Virus record (IMG/VR): IMGVR_UViG_3300014720_000003
Span: 74,481 to 138,480 of that record
From: a virus
Direction: 5' to 3' (one strand)
Length of the DNA: 64,000 bases
Below are positions 30,345-40,623 of the stretch, piece after piece. The notes beneath the pieces were generated by a model. The model was given only the letters and a program-made list of their open reading frames with translations. It made no database searches and was not told the DNA's origin. Numbering within the stretch: position 1 is the stretch's first letter; every line of letters starts with the position of its first letter. The translations under genes and the position numbers were made by a program.

Positions 30345-30692
30345 TCAGCCCTCTGGAGTTGGTTCTGGAACGATTATGCTTACGGTTCCATCATCATTCA
30401 TTGTGAAATTTCCCACAACGCTAGATCCACTAGCTATACTTTGTGGTTTAATGCTAGCTAATAGCGCTCCCAATTGACCATGAAGTTCAAAAACTTCTTT
30501 GGCATCACTTCCTAATGCTTCGGCTATTTCACTGGGTGAAGCGGCACCATTTTGCCAAAAGATTTTGGCCCCATCATTAAAAGCGTTAACCATATTTTGA
30601 AATGTAACCCTGGTTTGTCGTTTGATTCTCTCAGCAACTATATTTGCTGGTGGAATAACATTGGGAATATTGTTGTTATCTAATACTGACAT
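30345..30692 (-). CDS. Hypothetical protein between fibre genes
   Basis: GGAG SD; position. Confidence 0.6.
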   Translation of the reverse strand: MSVLDNNNIPNVIPPANIVAERIKRQTRVTFQNMVNAFNDGAKIFWQNGAASPSEIAEALGSDAKEVFELHGQLGALLASIKPQSIASGSSVVGNFTMNDDGTVSIIVPEPTPEG

Positions 30693-30707
30693 AAATATAC
30701 TCCTTCA

Positions 30708-32336
30708 TTATACTTTTACTCTTGAAATTTGTACGCTTGCTACCCAGTATACAGTACCACTAACACCACTAGAACCTTGATCAACCTGAATCACTAAACC
30801 ACTACTACTAGTACTAATTTGAGCATTCGCTGTTGCAAAATTACTATTTAAAAATGATTCTATGATAGGACTACCAACCAATGATACTGTGCTGGAATAT
30901 TTTTTTACACATCCACGAATAACGAATCCGGCACTATCACCATTGCTAGCTCGTCCACCAATATGAATAGAAAATGTTGCCGTTGTATCGTCTATTGTTA
31001 TAGTATCATCACTATTAGTAGGATAGTCTAGGTATAAACTATTCCATCCACTACTACTAGTAGTACGCTTTAGAACATATGACGAAAATCTAGCATCTCC
31101 ATCAAGACTAAAATTACCATTAGCAAAACTTAATTCTTGAGGATCGCTAGCACTATTTTGTTTACCTAAAATTATTTGACCAGATCCATTTGGAGAAATA
31201 GTAATATCATTATTAGCACCATCTTCAATTGTTATGCTTCCACTATTTGTTCCACTATTAGTATTAAGTATAAGATCTCCAGTTCCGTTAGTTGTGACAG
31301 TGGCATTACTATTACTATCGCCAACTCTTAAAGTATCAGCATCCGCTTGCACATCGCCAGTACCATTTGGGGCTAATATTAGATTACCATTGGCGTTGGT
31401 GCTACTAATAGTATTACCGTCTATTGTTATGTTATCAATAACCAATTTATTAGCAGTAACATCACTATTAACTGTTAAACCAGTACTATCAAGAGTTGCT
31501 TGTACAGTAGATGCAGAGGTACCAACTCTTAAATATATAGCACCATTATTATCAGTTGCTTTAATATCAATACTATAATCGTATTCTACATCAAGAGTGG
31601 TATTATCACCAATTTTTCTTATATAGTTGGTATTAATATATGCAGAAGAAACAACCCCTGATGCTGGAGATATACTTAATTTATTCCCATCCCACGTTAA
31701 ATTACTCTCAGCATCTATACCAGTTGTTGAACTATCTCTGCTAGAGAGTAGTCTATTATTTGCAGGATTATTAATCAAACCACTAGTACTAACAGTTAAG
31801 GAATTTGCTCCATCGTTATAGGTTACATTAATACCAGTACCAGCTACTACTAATGATCCTACTCTATCATCCACACTCTCAGCAAAATTAACAACTTGAT
31901 AAACATTATTACCAGACGCTAGAATAAAATCACCACTAGCAGTGGTCAAAAGTTCTGCTAAACCAACAAGACTAGCTGGTTTGCTAGTAATTTGAATCCA
32001 TGCGGGGCTAATATCAGCTAATTCAATATAAGATGCTTCTAGCGTTTTGTCTCCGCTTCCGATATAAACCCAACGGGATCCATCTGTTGTTAATACAATA
32101 GTACCTTCCACAATATCATTTTGTTGAGGCACTGTTAAATTAGCAATACCTCCAGATGATACTATATTAATAAAATCTGGAGTTAAGTATCCTAAATCGT
32201 TCCAAGTTGAAGTACCATCACCTAATTTAAGTTTATTGGTATCAGTCTCAAATCCCGGTTCACCTAAAAATAATACTGGATTTCTTGTCGACCAATTAGA
32301 GGAGGTATCTCTGCGAAGTTGAATTTTTACTGGCAT
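30708..32336 (-). CDS. Tail fibre with Mtd_N/hyaluronidase-like N-terminal domain
   Basis: IQLRRDT...NPVL..GEPGFETDT.KLKLGDG; PNGTG repeats. Confidence 0.75.
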   Translation of the reverse strand: MPVKIQLRRDTSSNWSTRNPVLFLGEPGFETDTNKLKLGDGTSTWNDLGYLTPDFINIVSSGGIANLTVPQQNDIVEGTIVLTTDGSRWVYIGSGDKTLEASYIELADISPAWIQITSKPASLVGLAELLTTASGDFILASGNNVYQVVNFAESVDDRVGSLVVAGTGINVTYNDGANSLTVSTSGLINNPANNRLLSSRDSSTTGIDAESNLTWDGNKLSISPASGVVSSAYINTNYIRKIGDNTTLDVEYDYSIDIKATDNNGAIYLRVGTSASTVQATLDSTGLTVNSDVTANKLVIDNITIDGNTISSTNANGNLILAPNGTGDVQADADTLRVGDSNSNATVTTNGTGDLILNTNSGTNSGSITIEDGANNDITISPNGSGQIILGKQNSASDPQELSFANGNFSLDGDARFSSYVLKRTTSSSGWNSLYLDYPTNSDDTITIDDTTATFSIHIGGRASNGDSAGFVIRGCVKKYSSTVSLVGSPIIESFLNSNFATANAQISTSSSGLVIQVDQGSSGVSGTVYWVASVQISRVKV

Positions 32337-32353
32337 ATTAGTGTTTCCTTTAA

Positions 32354-32581
32354 TTAAGCATTACCGCCATTTACACTATTAATAAAGATACCATTATAAA
32401 AACGATATCCATACTTATCATCAATATCAGATAATATAGGAGTATTTAGCACATAACGATCATAAACAATGGTGCCAGCATCCGGAAAACCGGTTCTAGC
32501 ACAAGTTACAACCATTGTGCCGTTTTTAATATTGTTAGCCGAAATTGCTTTGGTAATATCTGTAAATGGTCTAGTAGCCAT
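32354..32581 (-). CDS. Hypothetical protein
   Basis: GGAG SD. Confidence 0.55.
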   Translation of the reverse strand: MATRPFTDITKAISANNIKNGTMVVTCARTGFPDAGTIVYDRYVLNTPILSDIDDKYGYRFYNGIFINSVNGGNA

Positions 32582-32629
32582 AAATTTCTCCGGTATAAGA
32601 ATGTGTTAATATTTGATACACCACTATTA

Positions 32630-32947
32630 TTACTTATCTATACGTTCCTCAAGAGCTTCTAGGGTTTTACCCAGTGTGGCTATTTGAATTTTTAATTCTG
32701 TCATTACTTCTGTGTTTCGTTGCAAAGCACTAGCAAATGCCGCTTGAGTTTCTTTATTAGTAGCTAATCTTTCCATAATAAATTGACGATCAATATTATA
32801 TGGACTTTGAGTTTCAATCATATAGGCCACCTCACTTTTAGTAGCCATATTACGACCTATTGCAACCCAAAACCCAACCATTGTTACTATTATTCCAATA
32901 CTAGTGGTAGCAATATTTTCCCAAAAATGAATTATAGTTTCGCTCAT
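32630..32947 (-). CDS. Membrane protein with coiled coil
   Basis: N-terminal TM segment, heptad C-terminus. Confidence 0.6.
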   Translation of the reverse strand: MSETIIHFWENIATTSIGIIVTMVGFWVAIGRNMATKSEVAYMIETQSPYNIDRQFIMERLATNKETQAAFASALQRNTEVMTELKIQIATLGKTLEALEERIDK

Positions 32948-32960
32948 AGTTATCTCCCAT

Positions 32961-32996
32961 AAAAAAAAGCCACCGCACCTTGCGGCACGATGGCTT
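32961..32996 (-). terminator. Intrinsic terminator
   Basis: AAGCCATCGTGCC-GCAA-GGTGCGGTGGCTT followed by a T run; GNRA loop. Confidence 0.85.
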
Positions 32997-33022
32997 GTTA
33001 GTAATCGAAAACCTTTCAGATA

Positions 33023-33625
33023 TCAATAATTGCTTTTGGCTTTGTAGTTATCATTATAAGGAACTGTTGATCCTCTCATATACGTTAGTTCGCCAGGAAC
33101 AGTTTGACTGGGATTAGCAGCATCATCACTAGTACCACTACCTGTTGCATTAGTAGTTTGATTCCAAGGAGTTATAGTTTGAGTAGCAGGGTATCCTGCG
33201 TCAAATTCTCCGGTATAACGATTGTATTTGTTTTCTCTTATTGCTTTGGTAAATAATACAGATTTTTGATTTTCTGCTTTATTGATACTACGAATAACAT
33301 CATTATCATTACCTGGAGTTTTGATAGCATTAGTAGAAACACCGGCTAATTCATCTGTAATTAAACTACTAATTGGTTTAACATTGTTGTAAGCAAATGT
33401 GCCAGCAGAAACAGCTTTACCAGCATAATCTTTTTGTGTAACACTATCTTCGACAACCTTGGAACCAAAAGCGTCAACAGTAGGTACAACTGTTTTTACA
33501 CCCTCCATTTTATTGGATGTAATCGTACCGTTGGCTTTCATTGTACCATCATTATTGTCTGCTTCAACAATATAACCATAAGGTGAAACCGTTGTTGCAC
33601 TACCATTAATTTGAGCTGTGGCCAT
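33023..33625 (-). CDS. Putative virion structural protein
   Basis: T/A/N-rich, own SD and terminator; likely start MATAQ. Confidence 0.5.
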   Translation of the reverse strand: MATAQINGSATTVSPYGYIVEADNNDGTMKANGTITSNKMEGVKTVVPTVDAFGSKVVEDSVTQKDYAGKAVSAGTFAYNNVKPISSLITDELAGVSTNAIKTPGNDNDVIRSINKAENQKSVLFTKAIRENKYNRYTGEFDAGYPATQTITPWNQTTNATGSGTSDDAANPSQTVPGELTYMRGSTVPYNDNYKAKSNY

Positions 33626-33690
33626 ATTTAACTCCATATATATATATATATTATTGGATAGATGTCTTATAAGACAAATACACCATATTT

Positions 33691-34350
33691 TTACTTATGT
33701 GTCAGATTAAATTTTACGAAATTCTTTAAGCTATTTAGTGAGTTGGTTCTAAAGCCAGATAGGCCGGATTTAGATAGTGTGAAAAAATGCTTATCTAGCC
33801 ACATATTACCGGTACATAATATTTGAAGATTCTTCGAATTTTCATGCAAAAAGATAGATGCTAAGATATTATCGGCTAAATTATCTATAAAATATCCAGT
33901 AGATGGAAAAACCTGAATAACATTATTACTTTCTAATATTTCGCAAATTTTTTTTAAACAATGGTGGTCGAACATGCGATATTCCAAAACATATCTAGCT
34001 TTGATACCAAAAGAACCACACAGCTCCGCACAACTTTTAACATCATCACGAATTTTATCATATTTTCGATTGGAAGCTAAATTTTGAGGCATAGAGATAT
34101 CAACAATATTAGCTCCTGCTTTGTGAGATTGTTGTATAGCACATAAACGGGTTTTTAAATCAGAAATTCCCAGGGGATAATCTATTGAACAAGACAATTC
34201 TATATTTTGTGATAGACTAGCTTTAGTTGTTTTGACCAGATAATAGGGAACTGTGATGCTATGAATATTGTACACGCATAGTTCTTTAACCATGTCTCTG
34301 GCTAAAGCATCACTGGTTTCAGTATCTGTGATTGCAAAATCTATAAACAT
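33691..34350 (-). CDS. DeoC-like TIM-barrel protein, probably catalytically dead
   Basis: IDYPLG, GANIVD, VLE; FPSTG in place of KTSTG. Confidence 0.7.
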   Translation of the reverse strand: MFIDFAITDTETSDALARDMVKELCVYNIHSITVPYYLVKTTKASLSQNIELSCSIDYPLGISDLKTRLCAIQQSHKAGANIVDISMPQNLASNRKYDKIRDDVKSCAELCGSFGIKARYVLEYRMFDHHCLKKICEILESNNVIQVFPSTGYFIDNLADNILASIFLHENSKNLQILCTGNMWLDKHFFTLSKSGLSGFRTNSLNSLKNFVKFNLTHK

Positions 34351-34351
34351 T

Positions 34352-35035
34352 TTATTTTTTCATCAAGTTTTTGATATAGTCTATGTTTGGATATTTTTTA
34401 CTACCTAAAATACCATCTGCAAAACCATAATCAACAGCTTCTTCTGCTGTAAGAATCCAATCTCGTTTTGTCGCCAATTGAGTAACAATATGTTTTCTAA
34501 CCATTAATCTTTTCCAGTTTTTTTCTTTACAAATCTTACTATTCATACACTTTTCTGTGAATATATCAATCATCTTCTCGCTTTCTTTTTCGCTCCATTG
34601 AACCATGCTCAAGGCCGCTTTGTGTTCATTATCCACACTAATAGAACCATAATGAATAAGAAAATTAGTATTAGGAGTAAGTATCCTAAGATGAGCAGCC
34701 TGTAGTAATACAGTGCTGCTGGATTCTACTTTAGCATTAGCAACAATTATAATTTTGCTTTTACTACTTTTAATAGTATCATATATGCCTAAACAATCTT
34801 GCCAATCACCTCCCGGCATATGCATGTGAACTAATATTGGTTCTAAAGAAAGTAGATTAAGATATCTTATATTTTTTTGAAATACTATTGCTGATCTATA
34901 ATCCACACCAGATTCATTATCATCAGAAAAATAAGAATGTAAATATATTTCTCTATTTTCTACATCAATATTATATGAATGTATATCGTTAAGAGAATTA
35001 TTACTATTATCAATTTTATTTTTGTGACTCGTCAT
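34352..35035 (-). CDS. clpP: ClpP-family serine protease
   Basis: PGG..., IYDTI, VESSS, LIH, RDWILTAEEAVDYGFAD. Confidence 0.85.
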   Translation of the reverse strand: MTSHKNKIDNSNNSLNDIHSYNIDVENREIYLHSYFSDDNESGVDYRSAIVFQKNIRYLNLLSLEPILVHMHMPGGDWQDCLGIYDTIKSSKSKIIIVANAKVESSSTVLLQAAHLRILTPNTNFLIHYGSISVDNEHKAALSMVQWSEKESEKMIDIFTEKCMNSKICKEKNWKRLMVRKHIVTQLATKRDWILTAEEAVDYGFADGILGSKKYPNIDYIKNLMKK

Positions 35036-35474
35036 ACATTAAATTTATATGGTTATATATTATATCGTTAATATTCTTCATTACTTCTGAATCATTAAAA
35101 CATTTACCAATAGCAATTCTAAAACGATATCTTGTAAAAATATCTAGTATCTCAATTCCGGGTATATTTTCTAGTATATTCTTAATTTGTTCGGAGATAT
35201 TAAAATTACTATGACCCAGCCAGAAATTAAAAATTTTACTAGATGCTGTATATTCATTATATGGAATTAAACCCATAGGAGAAGCAATAACTCTTATTGG
35301 AGATGAGGTTCTAATTTTAGGTTGATCTATATTTTCTTCATTATCTTCATCGTGATCAATAAAATCCGAATCTCCTATAGTATTATTATAGTCAGTCCAT
35401 TTGGCTTCATCCATATCTCCACCAAAAGGATCATTCCATTTTTCCCATATTATTAATGGTTTAATTCTAGTCAT
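35016..35474 (-). CDS. Hypothetical protein
   Basis: ORF with acidic patch. Confidence 0.6.
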   Translation of the reverse strand: MTRIKPLIIWEKWNDPFGGDMDEAKWTDYNNTIGDSDFIDHDEDNEENIDQPKIRTSSPIRVIASPMGLIPYNEYTASSKIFNFWLGHSNFNISEQIKNILENIPGIEILDIFTRYRFRIAIGKCFNDSEVMKNINDIIYNHINLMYDESQK

Positions 35475-35854
35475 TATTTACCAGAAAAACTAGTTGGTTT
35501 TATTACTGGAGAATTGGCACACTCATCAGATTTTTGTGTTTTTAAACTTGATAAGGTTTTAAGACTAATATCTAAATATGAGGATAAAGCATAACAAAAC
35601 TGGTGATACTCTGGCCCCCTTTCAGATAATTCTTCAATGAGATCAGTTAGGTCTGTGTAATAGACCCCGTAGTGCAAAAATATCATTGCTTTAGCAAACT
35701 TTTCCGCTCCTTCCAAAGAAGTGTCATTAATATTGATTTGAATTTTAGGAATAGAAGCATCAGGTTCTATATACAGACTAAAACTATTAATGTGATGATG
35801 TTCTTGTTTAGAACCATTCTTCTTTTCAAAGAATTTAGCAAATATGTTCTTCAT
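35474..35854 (-). CDS. Hypothetical protein
   Basis: Coupled ORF. Confidence 0.55.
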   Translation of the reverse strand: MKNIFAKFFEKKNGSKQEHHHINSFSLYIEPDASIPKIQININDTSLEGAEKFAKAMIFLHYGVYYTDLTDLIEELSERGPEYHQFCYALSSYLDISLKTLSSLKTQKSDECANSPVIKPTSFSGK

Positions 35855-36246
35855 TGTAGTTTTTGAATTACTTCATAAAGTAGGTTATAATGAATAGAAT
35901 CAACAATAGAATCCATAGATATCCAATAACTATTATTGATATTGTTTGTGTATTGAACAAAAAAACCATAAACTAGATCTATTGATTCTGTATTATCTAG
36001 TTGAGTTACTGAAATTAATTGCGGGATTAGATATATATAGTTAGTAATTATATGTTGTTTCAGAGTATCAATGATTTTTTCATTTATATTCAGAATATTA
36101 TTGCTATAAATAGGTATTTTTGGAAATATAAGATTTTCTTTATCTAGAGATAGAATCTTGGTTGAATCTATGCTATTGGTATTGTTCTCAAAAGATATAA
36201 CAACACAATTAGCATTAACCAAGAATTTATTACTATTTTCAGACAT
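35851..36246 (-). CDS. Hypothetical protein, possible degenerate Nudix fold
   Basis: VNANCVVISF...KILSL recalls the NrtR N-terminus; no Nudix box. Confidence 0.35.
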   Translation of the reverse strand: MSENSNKFLVNANCVVISFENNTNSIDSTKILSLDKENLIFPKIPIYSNNILNINEKIIDTLKQHIITNYIYLIPQLISVTQLDNTESIDLVYGFFVQYTNNINNSYWISMDSIVDSIHYNLLYEVIQKLQ

Positions 36247-36898
36247 TTACAGCATTCCTAATGATATCTATAGCCTTATTCAAGCCCTGTCTCACAGCCT
36301 CTCTTGTTATACCATATTTTTGGCCAATTTTTTCAAAAGTGTATGACTCAAAATAATATAGTCGGATATAGTCTTTTTGTCTATCTGTTAGATAATCTGT
36401 TGATAAAAGTTTATCAATAAGATCGGTCAAATTCTGTTTATTTTCATTTTCTATAGAAATTTCTTCTGGATCTTTTACCCTAGTGTCTTCTGTTAAATCA
36501 TGAGCCGATGAACTATCATGGCTCTCATCTAGCATAAAATCAAGTGAGTATGTTTTTATGTGTTTTTTATTCAGTTTCTTGTTCTTTGTTACTAAAGTTT
36601 GAATTGCCCACAACGCACACTGATTACGATATGAGTATTTTGTTTTTTTGGTTCCTTTCTCATTTTGGTAATTATCATCCCAACGCCAATCCGCCATCAT
36701 AATAGCATTAGCCACAGAAGCAATAGCATCCTCATCTTTTAGCATTTTTGTTGCTAGACCATTATAAAATTGATTAGCAAATTTTGAAATAGCTTTTTTT
36801 GCTAATAATAAATAGGTTTCTAGACTATCAAACTCAATCGAATTATGATCCTTGTAGGCAATCTTATGATTACCTACTCCATGTATTTGTAATAGCAT
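36239..36898 (-). CDS. RNA polymerase sigma70-family factor
   Basis: Region 4 HTH LTDRQK...TFEKIGQKYGITREAVRQ; SLD motif. Confidence 0.8.
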   Translation of the reverse strand: MLLQIHGVGNHKIAYKDHNSIEFDSLETYLLLAKKAISKFANQFYNGLATKMLKDEDAIASVANAIMMADWRWDDNYQNEKGTKKTKYSYRNQCALWAIQTLVTKNKKLNKKHIKTYSLDFMLDESHDSSSAHDLTEDTRVKDPEEISIENENKQNLTDLIDKLLSTDYLTDRQKDYIRLYYFESYTFEKIGQKYGITREAVRQGLNKAIDIIRNAVNV

Positions 36899-36930
36899 AT
36901 GTCCTCTATAATGTGTCCTAAAAAAAATAA

Positions 36931-37659
36931 TTACTTAGTTAACTTTTTCCACTGTTCTGTATCTGGTCTATCCTTATCTCCTGGTTTAGCGGGTTTGTAC
37001 CTTTTCCCCATTCTTTCTTTTTTCTTACGAATATTTTCCCATAAGCCTGGAAGATTTTTTCCTGCTTCTGCTCCTTCTGTATCGGTTTCGCTTTCACCGA
37101 ACATGAGAAAATTGTGAATGGTCAGCATGTAATCTTCTGTTACTGCGATTTTACCTTGTAACCAACTTTCTGTCAAGCCTTCTTTTACGGATGGATTGTC
37201 TATAGCATCCACTATTGCTTGAGCGTGTATCGCTATAGATTTGATAGATCCTAGACTCATTTCATAAAAATCATACTTGTACTCCATCAATTCCATCTCT
37301 GGACTTTCTTCTTCCATATCCTCAACCTCTGTAAAATCACCATCTTCTGCTTTAGTTGTAATACCTAATTGATCTTTTGTGGCTTTCGGTAAGGCAGCAA
37401 CAAACTCTGGACCTTTACGCTTAGCCATATTATATAACTTTTTTAGAAATGCATCATAAGTCATTGGGCCTTTCATGCGACCAAAATTACTAATAGCATC
37501 TGGTATATCTGCTGGTGTTACAATTGGAAAAGATCGTGTTTCAGGAAAAAGGAAATCGCTATCTTTGAGTTCACTACGTTTTTTTCCCTTATAAGTCTTT
37601 TGAGCGGCGCTAACGAGTTCGTCATTAACTGCATTTAAAATATCATTTATACGATCCAT
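36931..37659 (-). CDS. Modular hypothetical phage protein
   Basis: LKDSDFLFPETRSFPI, SWLQGKI..EDY and GLWENIRKK modules. Confidence 0.6.
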   Translation of the reverse strand: MDRINDILNAVNDELVSAAQKTYKGKKRSELKDSDFLFPETRSFPIVTPADIPDAISNFGRMKGPMTYDAFLKKLYNMAKRKGPEFVAALPKATKDQLGITTKAEDGDFTEVEDMEEESPEMELMEYKYDFYEMSLGSIKSIAIHAQAIVDAIDNPSVKEGLTESWLQGKIAVTEDYMLTIHNFLMFGESETDTEGAEAGKNLPGLWENIRKKKERMGKRYKPAKPGDKDRPDTEQWKKLTK

Positions 37660-38332
37660 TATATTGCCTCTTTAATCTAGGATGTAAAACCTTAAAAAGA
37701 TAATCACTTAAAAGTATACCAGCATCACAATCCGATTGATAGTGAACCCCTTGCATAATTCTTGATTTGGTTGTTTCTCCAACTATTTGTGATAATAAAT
37801 ATTTATATTGAGGATACATATCGGCTAAAATATTAGCACCAAGATTAGTATACACCACATGGCCAGAAGGATATGATGGGGTGTGGTGAGTTTTTGTTTG
37901 TATAACATCAATATCCAAATTATAAATTTGGGCCAAATTATATGGTCTAATTCTATTAAAGTAGAATTTAGTGTTAAAAATAAAGGGCTTTACAATATTG
38001 TAAAATTCTTTGAAATAATTGAATGGAAACTGTATCCCGAGTTTATCTACTAAATTATATATAAGATAATTAGGACTATCGTCTATATCATAGATAAGTT
38101 TAATACTGTCTGTGGAACGATTGTGTGTCTGCTTAACAACATAATTAAGTTCTCTAAATGTGGATGAACTAGAGTTCAATAAAGGAGGATCTAATATGTT
38201 CTTCCATTCGATATCTTTGGCAATATCGGGAATAGTATATTCTATATTGTAGTCAACATAAACTAGACTATCAATATCTTTAGAAATATATATTTGATTA
38301 ATTTCTGATAATATTTTATAGTGGCGATCCAT
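37643..38332 (-). CDS. PAP2/haloperoxidase-superfamily phosphatase
   Basis: K...RIRP, SYPSGH, SRIMQGVHYQSD. Confidence 0.85.
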   Translation of the reverse strand: MDRHYKILSEINQIYISKDIDSLVYVDYNIEYTIPDIAKDIEWKNILDPPLLNSSSSTFRELNYVVKQTHNRSTDSIKLIYDIDDSPNYLIYNLVDKLGIQFPFNYFKEFYNIVKPFIFNTKFYFNRIRPYNLAQIYNLDIDVIQTKTHHTPSYPSGHVVYTNLGANILADMYPQYKYLLSQIVGETTKSRIMQGVHYQSDCDAGILLSDYLFKVLHPRLKRQYNGSYK

Positions 38333-38868
38333 TATACTTGAATGCTAAGGAAATTATCTAATCCCATTTGTTCAATTAGTTTTAGATAAGACTCATATAA
38401 TACAATTCCGTCTTCACTCCCTTGAAGTAGTGGTATCATTATATTTGCTGTCATTTCATCTCCAACTGCTCTCGCAGCAACAATTGTTTCTCTTTCAGCA
38501 GCAGAGGCTTCTCTGACAGAATTAAGATTATATTGAATCAGAGCAACCATATCGTGTCTTGTCCAACTTGGGGCAGAGATGGTTAGGGGTTGATAATCCA
38601 CATCGAAAAATTCTAGTCTTTTTACATTTTCCATAGCGTGTTGATGTTCTTGTTCAGCATCGGCTTTGATTATATCTGCTAATTTTTTGTAACCCCATCT
38701 TTCTAGATGAATAGCCTGGGCAGTTAATACGGTTGTTTGTTGCCAATGAATATTTAATGATTTCTTTAGGCATTCAATAACAGTATTACTAGAATAACCA
38801 TCAATATTTTGGGCTTTACTTTGCATTTTAACCTCTGATTGCTTTAATAAATCATTAATAGTTGTCAT
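38332..38868 (-). CDS. Bacterioferritin/ferritin-like protein
   Basis: HLERWGYKKLA, EQEHQHA, RLEF, LIEQMGLDNFL. Confidence 0.75.
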   Translation of the reverse strand: MTTINDLLKQSEVKMQSKAQNIDGYSSNTVIECLKKSLNIHWQQTTVLTAQAIHLERWGYKKLADIIKADAEQEHQHAMENVKRLEFFDVDYQPLTISAPSWTRHDMVALIQYNLNSVREASAAERETIVAARAVGDEMTANIMIPLLQGSEDGIVLYESYLKLIEQMGLDNFLSIQV

Positions 38869-38882
38869 GATCTCTCCTTATA

Positions 38883-39551
38883 TTACCATGCTTTGCAAGA
38901 CCAGTATCTTGCTTTCCATTTTGGACCAGGATTAGCACAATTATGTCTTGCCCTAAATGAACGTCTTCTTTCTGGAATATTTTTTTTGATTTTCATATTC
39001 GGATCACCAAAATTTACTTTAACAATATTTCCTTTTTCATTTTTTACATAAACGCTAAATTTCTTAGGGCCGTCTGGAGTTCTAAATGGTTTGTTCAGGG
39101 TTACTTTTCTACCCTGATATTCAGAGGCCCTACCTTGATAAACTAAATATCTTTCATTTTTCTTATAATTACCTAGTCTGTCAAAATAGAACAATTCAAA
39201 AGTTTTTGGATCCATGTAAGTGAATTTGGCATCGCTATCTAGATCTGATAAATCTATTATCTCTACTTCTTCTTCGGTATCTATGTACTGATTGCTTTCT
39301 GGAATAATAATATTTGATGCAGTTACCTCTTCAACAGAGCCACAATCGTCACAATCTTCGAAAGCAATAGAAAAACCTAAAATATCTAACACATGATCCA
39401 GTAAAGAATTTTTAGACTTACGGGTTTGTCCAATACAGATTGCAACTCTTTGCTTTGAATCTGGATATTCTTTTTTCATAGTTTCGTTTCCCATGCAACG
39501 AGAAACAAATTTTTTCTTATCTTCATTTTTTTCTGGATTAGGAATTGGCAT
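38883..39551 (-). CDS. Conserved phage hypothetical protein
   Basis: MPIP...FVSRCM; KVNFGD...SFRARHNC...RYWSC. Confidence 0.65.
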   Translation of the reverse strand: MPIPNPEKNEDKKKFVSRCMGNETMKKEYPDSKQRVAICIGQTRKSKNSLLDHVLDILGFSIAFEDCDDCGSVEEVTASNIIIPESNQYIDTEEEVEIIDLSDLDSDAKFTYMDPKTFELFYFDRLGNYKKNERYLVYQGRASEYQGRKVTLNKPFRTPDGPKKFSVYVKNEKGNIVKVNFGDPNMKIKKNIPERRRSFRARHNCANPGPKWKARYWSCKAW

Positions 39552-40623
39552 GATAGCTATTATTTAGTAATAAGGTTTCGTTAATAATATTAGCAGTATT
39601 AGTCCAGCTATATTTCTGTGCTGTAGCTAATCCTCCTGGATTTGATCTGATGTTATTCTGATACACATATTTCATATAATGCACAGTTTGTTCTAGTTGA
39701 TCGTCTCCCAATTTGGCCCAATTACCTTGACCAAAAAACCATTTTCCATCATTAGCTGGTTCTGTTTCATCAACAGAAATTAAAAAAGCATTATTATCAT
39801 TACAATATTCTGTATGAGCAGAATAGAAGGTCGTGATGATTGGTTTATCTAAAGCCATACTTTCCAGAATTTCATTGTTCCAGCCCTCTGCTCTAGATAG
39901 GAAAACACCACAATCGCACCTATATATAAATTCAGCCAAATGATATTGTGTGGGTAGTTTACTATATACTTTAATTTTATCTTTTAGTTTAGATTGTTCT
40001 ACCAAATTTAGCCACTGATTAGTTTCTTCATCGTTCAAAAATGGGTTGTGAGGCAATAACCATAATTCTACATCGTCCTGTTCATTAAACGATAAATCAA
40101 AAGCCTTTATTAGGAGATCGTGACCTTTTCTTAGTTCCCATTTACCAATATGAAAAAATATATACTTATTATTATTGAATCTAATTTTTGGTGGACTATT
40201 AAAGATTGTCAAATCAACCGCTAAAGGAGACACATAAATCGGAGTGTTTATACCGTTGTTCTCTAGTATTGTTTTACCCCATGTCGATGCTGTAAAAATA
40301 AAATCAGGATATTTTAAATGATGTTTTTCTCTATCTGTAAAAGTATCCAGTTCGAAAAATGGAAACGCATAATAATGCCCCTTACCTATTCTGGAAGCAA
40401 GATCATGTTGGTGCCATATTTTTAAACACGGGGCATCATAATCGAATTCGCTACTATTTTTCAGATAATTTTGTACAATAGACTTATCTGTTTCTGAATT
40501 AACTTCGACATTTGTTCCTATGGGGAATAATGCTATATTATTATTGAGATTCTTCATAATGTTTAGTGAAGTAATCCCATACCCAGTACTATTAATTGGA
40601 CAATTTAAATTAAGATTTTTCAT
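39538..40623 (-). CDS. GT-B glycosyltransferase (GT4-like)
   Basis: STGYG, GKWELRKG, SRAEGW...ESMA; likely start MKNLNL. Confidence 0.85.
   Translation of the reverse strand: MKNLNLNCPINSTGYGITSLNIMKNLNNNIALFPIGTNVEVNSETDKSIVQNYLKNSSEFDYDAPCLKIWHQHDLASRIGKGHYYAFPFFELDTFTDREKHHLKYPDFIFTASTWGKTILENNGINTPIYVSPLAVDLTIFNSPPKIRFNNNKYIFFHIGKWELRKGHDLLIKAFDLSFNEQDDVELWLLPHNPFLNDEETNQWLNLVEQSKLKDKIKVYSKLPTQYHLAEFIYRCDCGVFLSRAEGWNNEILESMALDKPIITTFYSAHTEYCNDNNAFLISVDETEPANDGKWFFGQGNWAKLGDDQLEQTVHYMKYVYQNNIRSNPGGLATAQKYSWTNTANIINETLLLNNSYHANS

Noticed and set aside
30708-32336. Diversity-generating retroelement suggested by the Mtd_N-like domain
   Set aside because: No reverse transcriptase or TR/VR pair visible; the domain is common in tail fibres
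33636-33651. (AT)8 microsatellite
   Set aside because: Short, non-coding, in an AT-rich leader; no evidence of phase variation from one sequence
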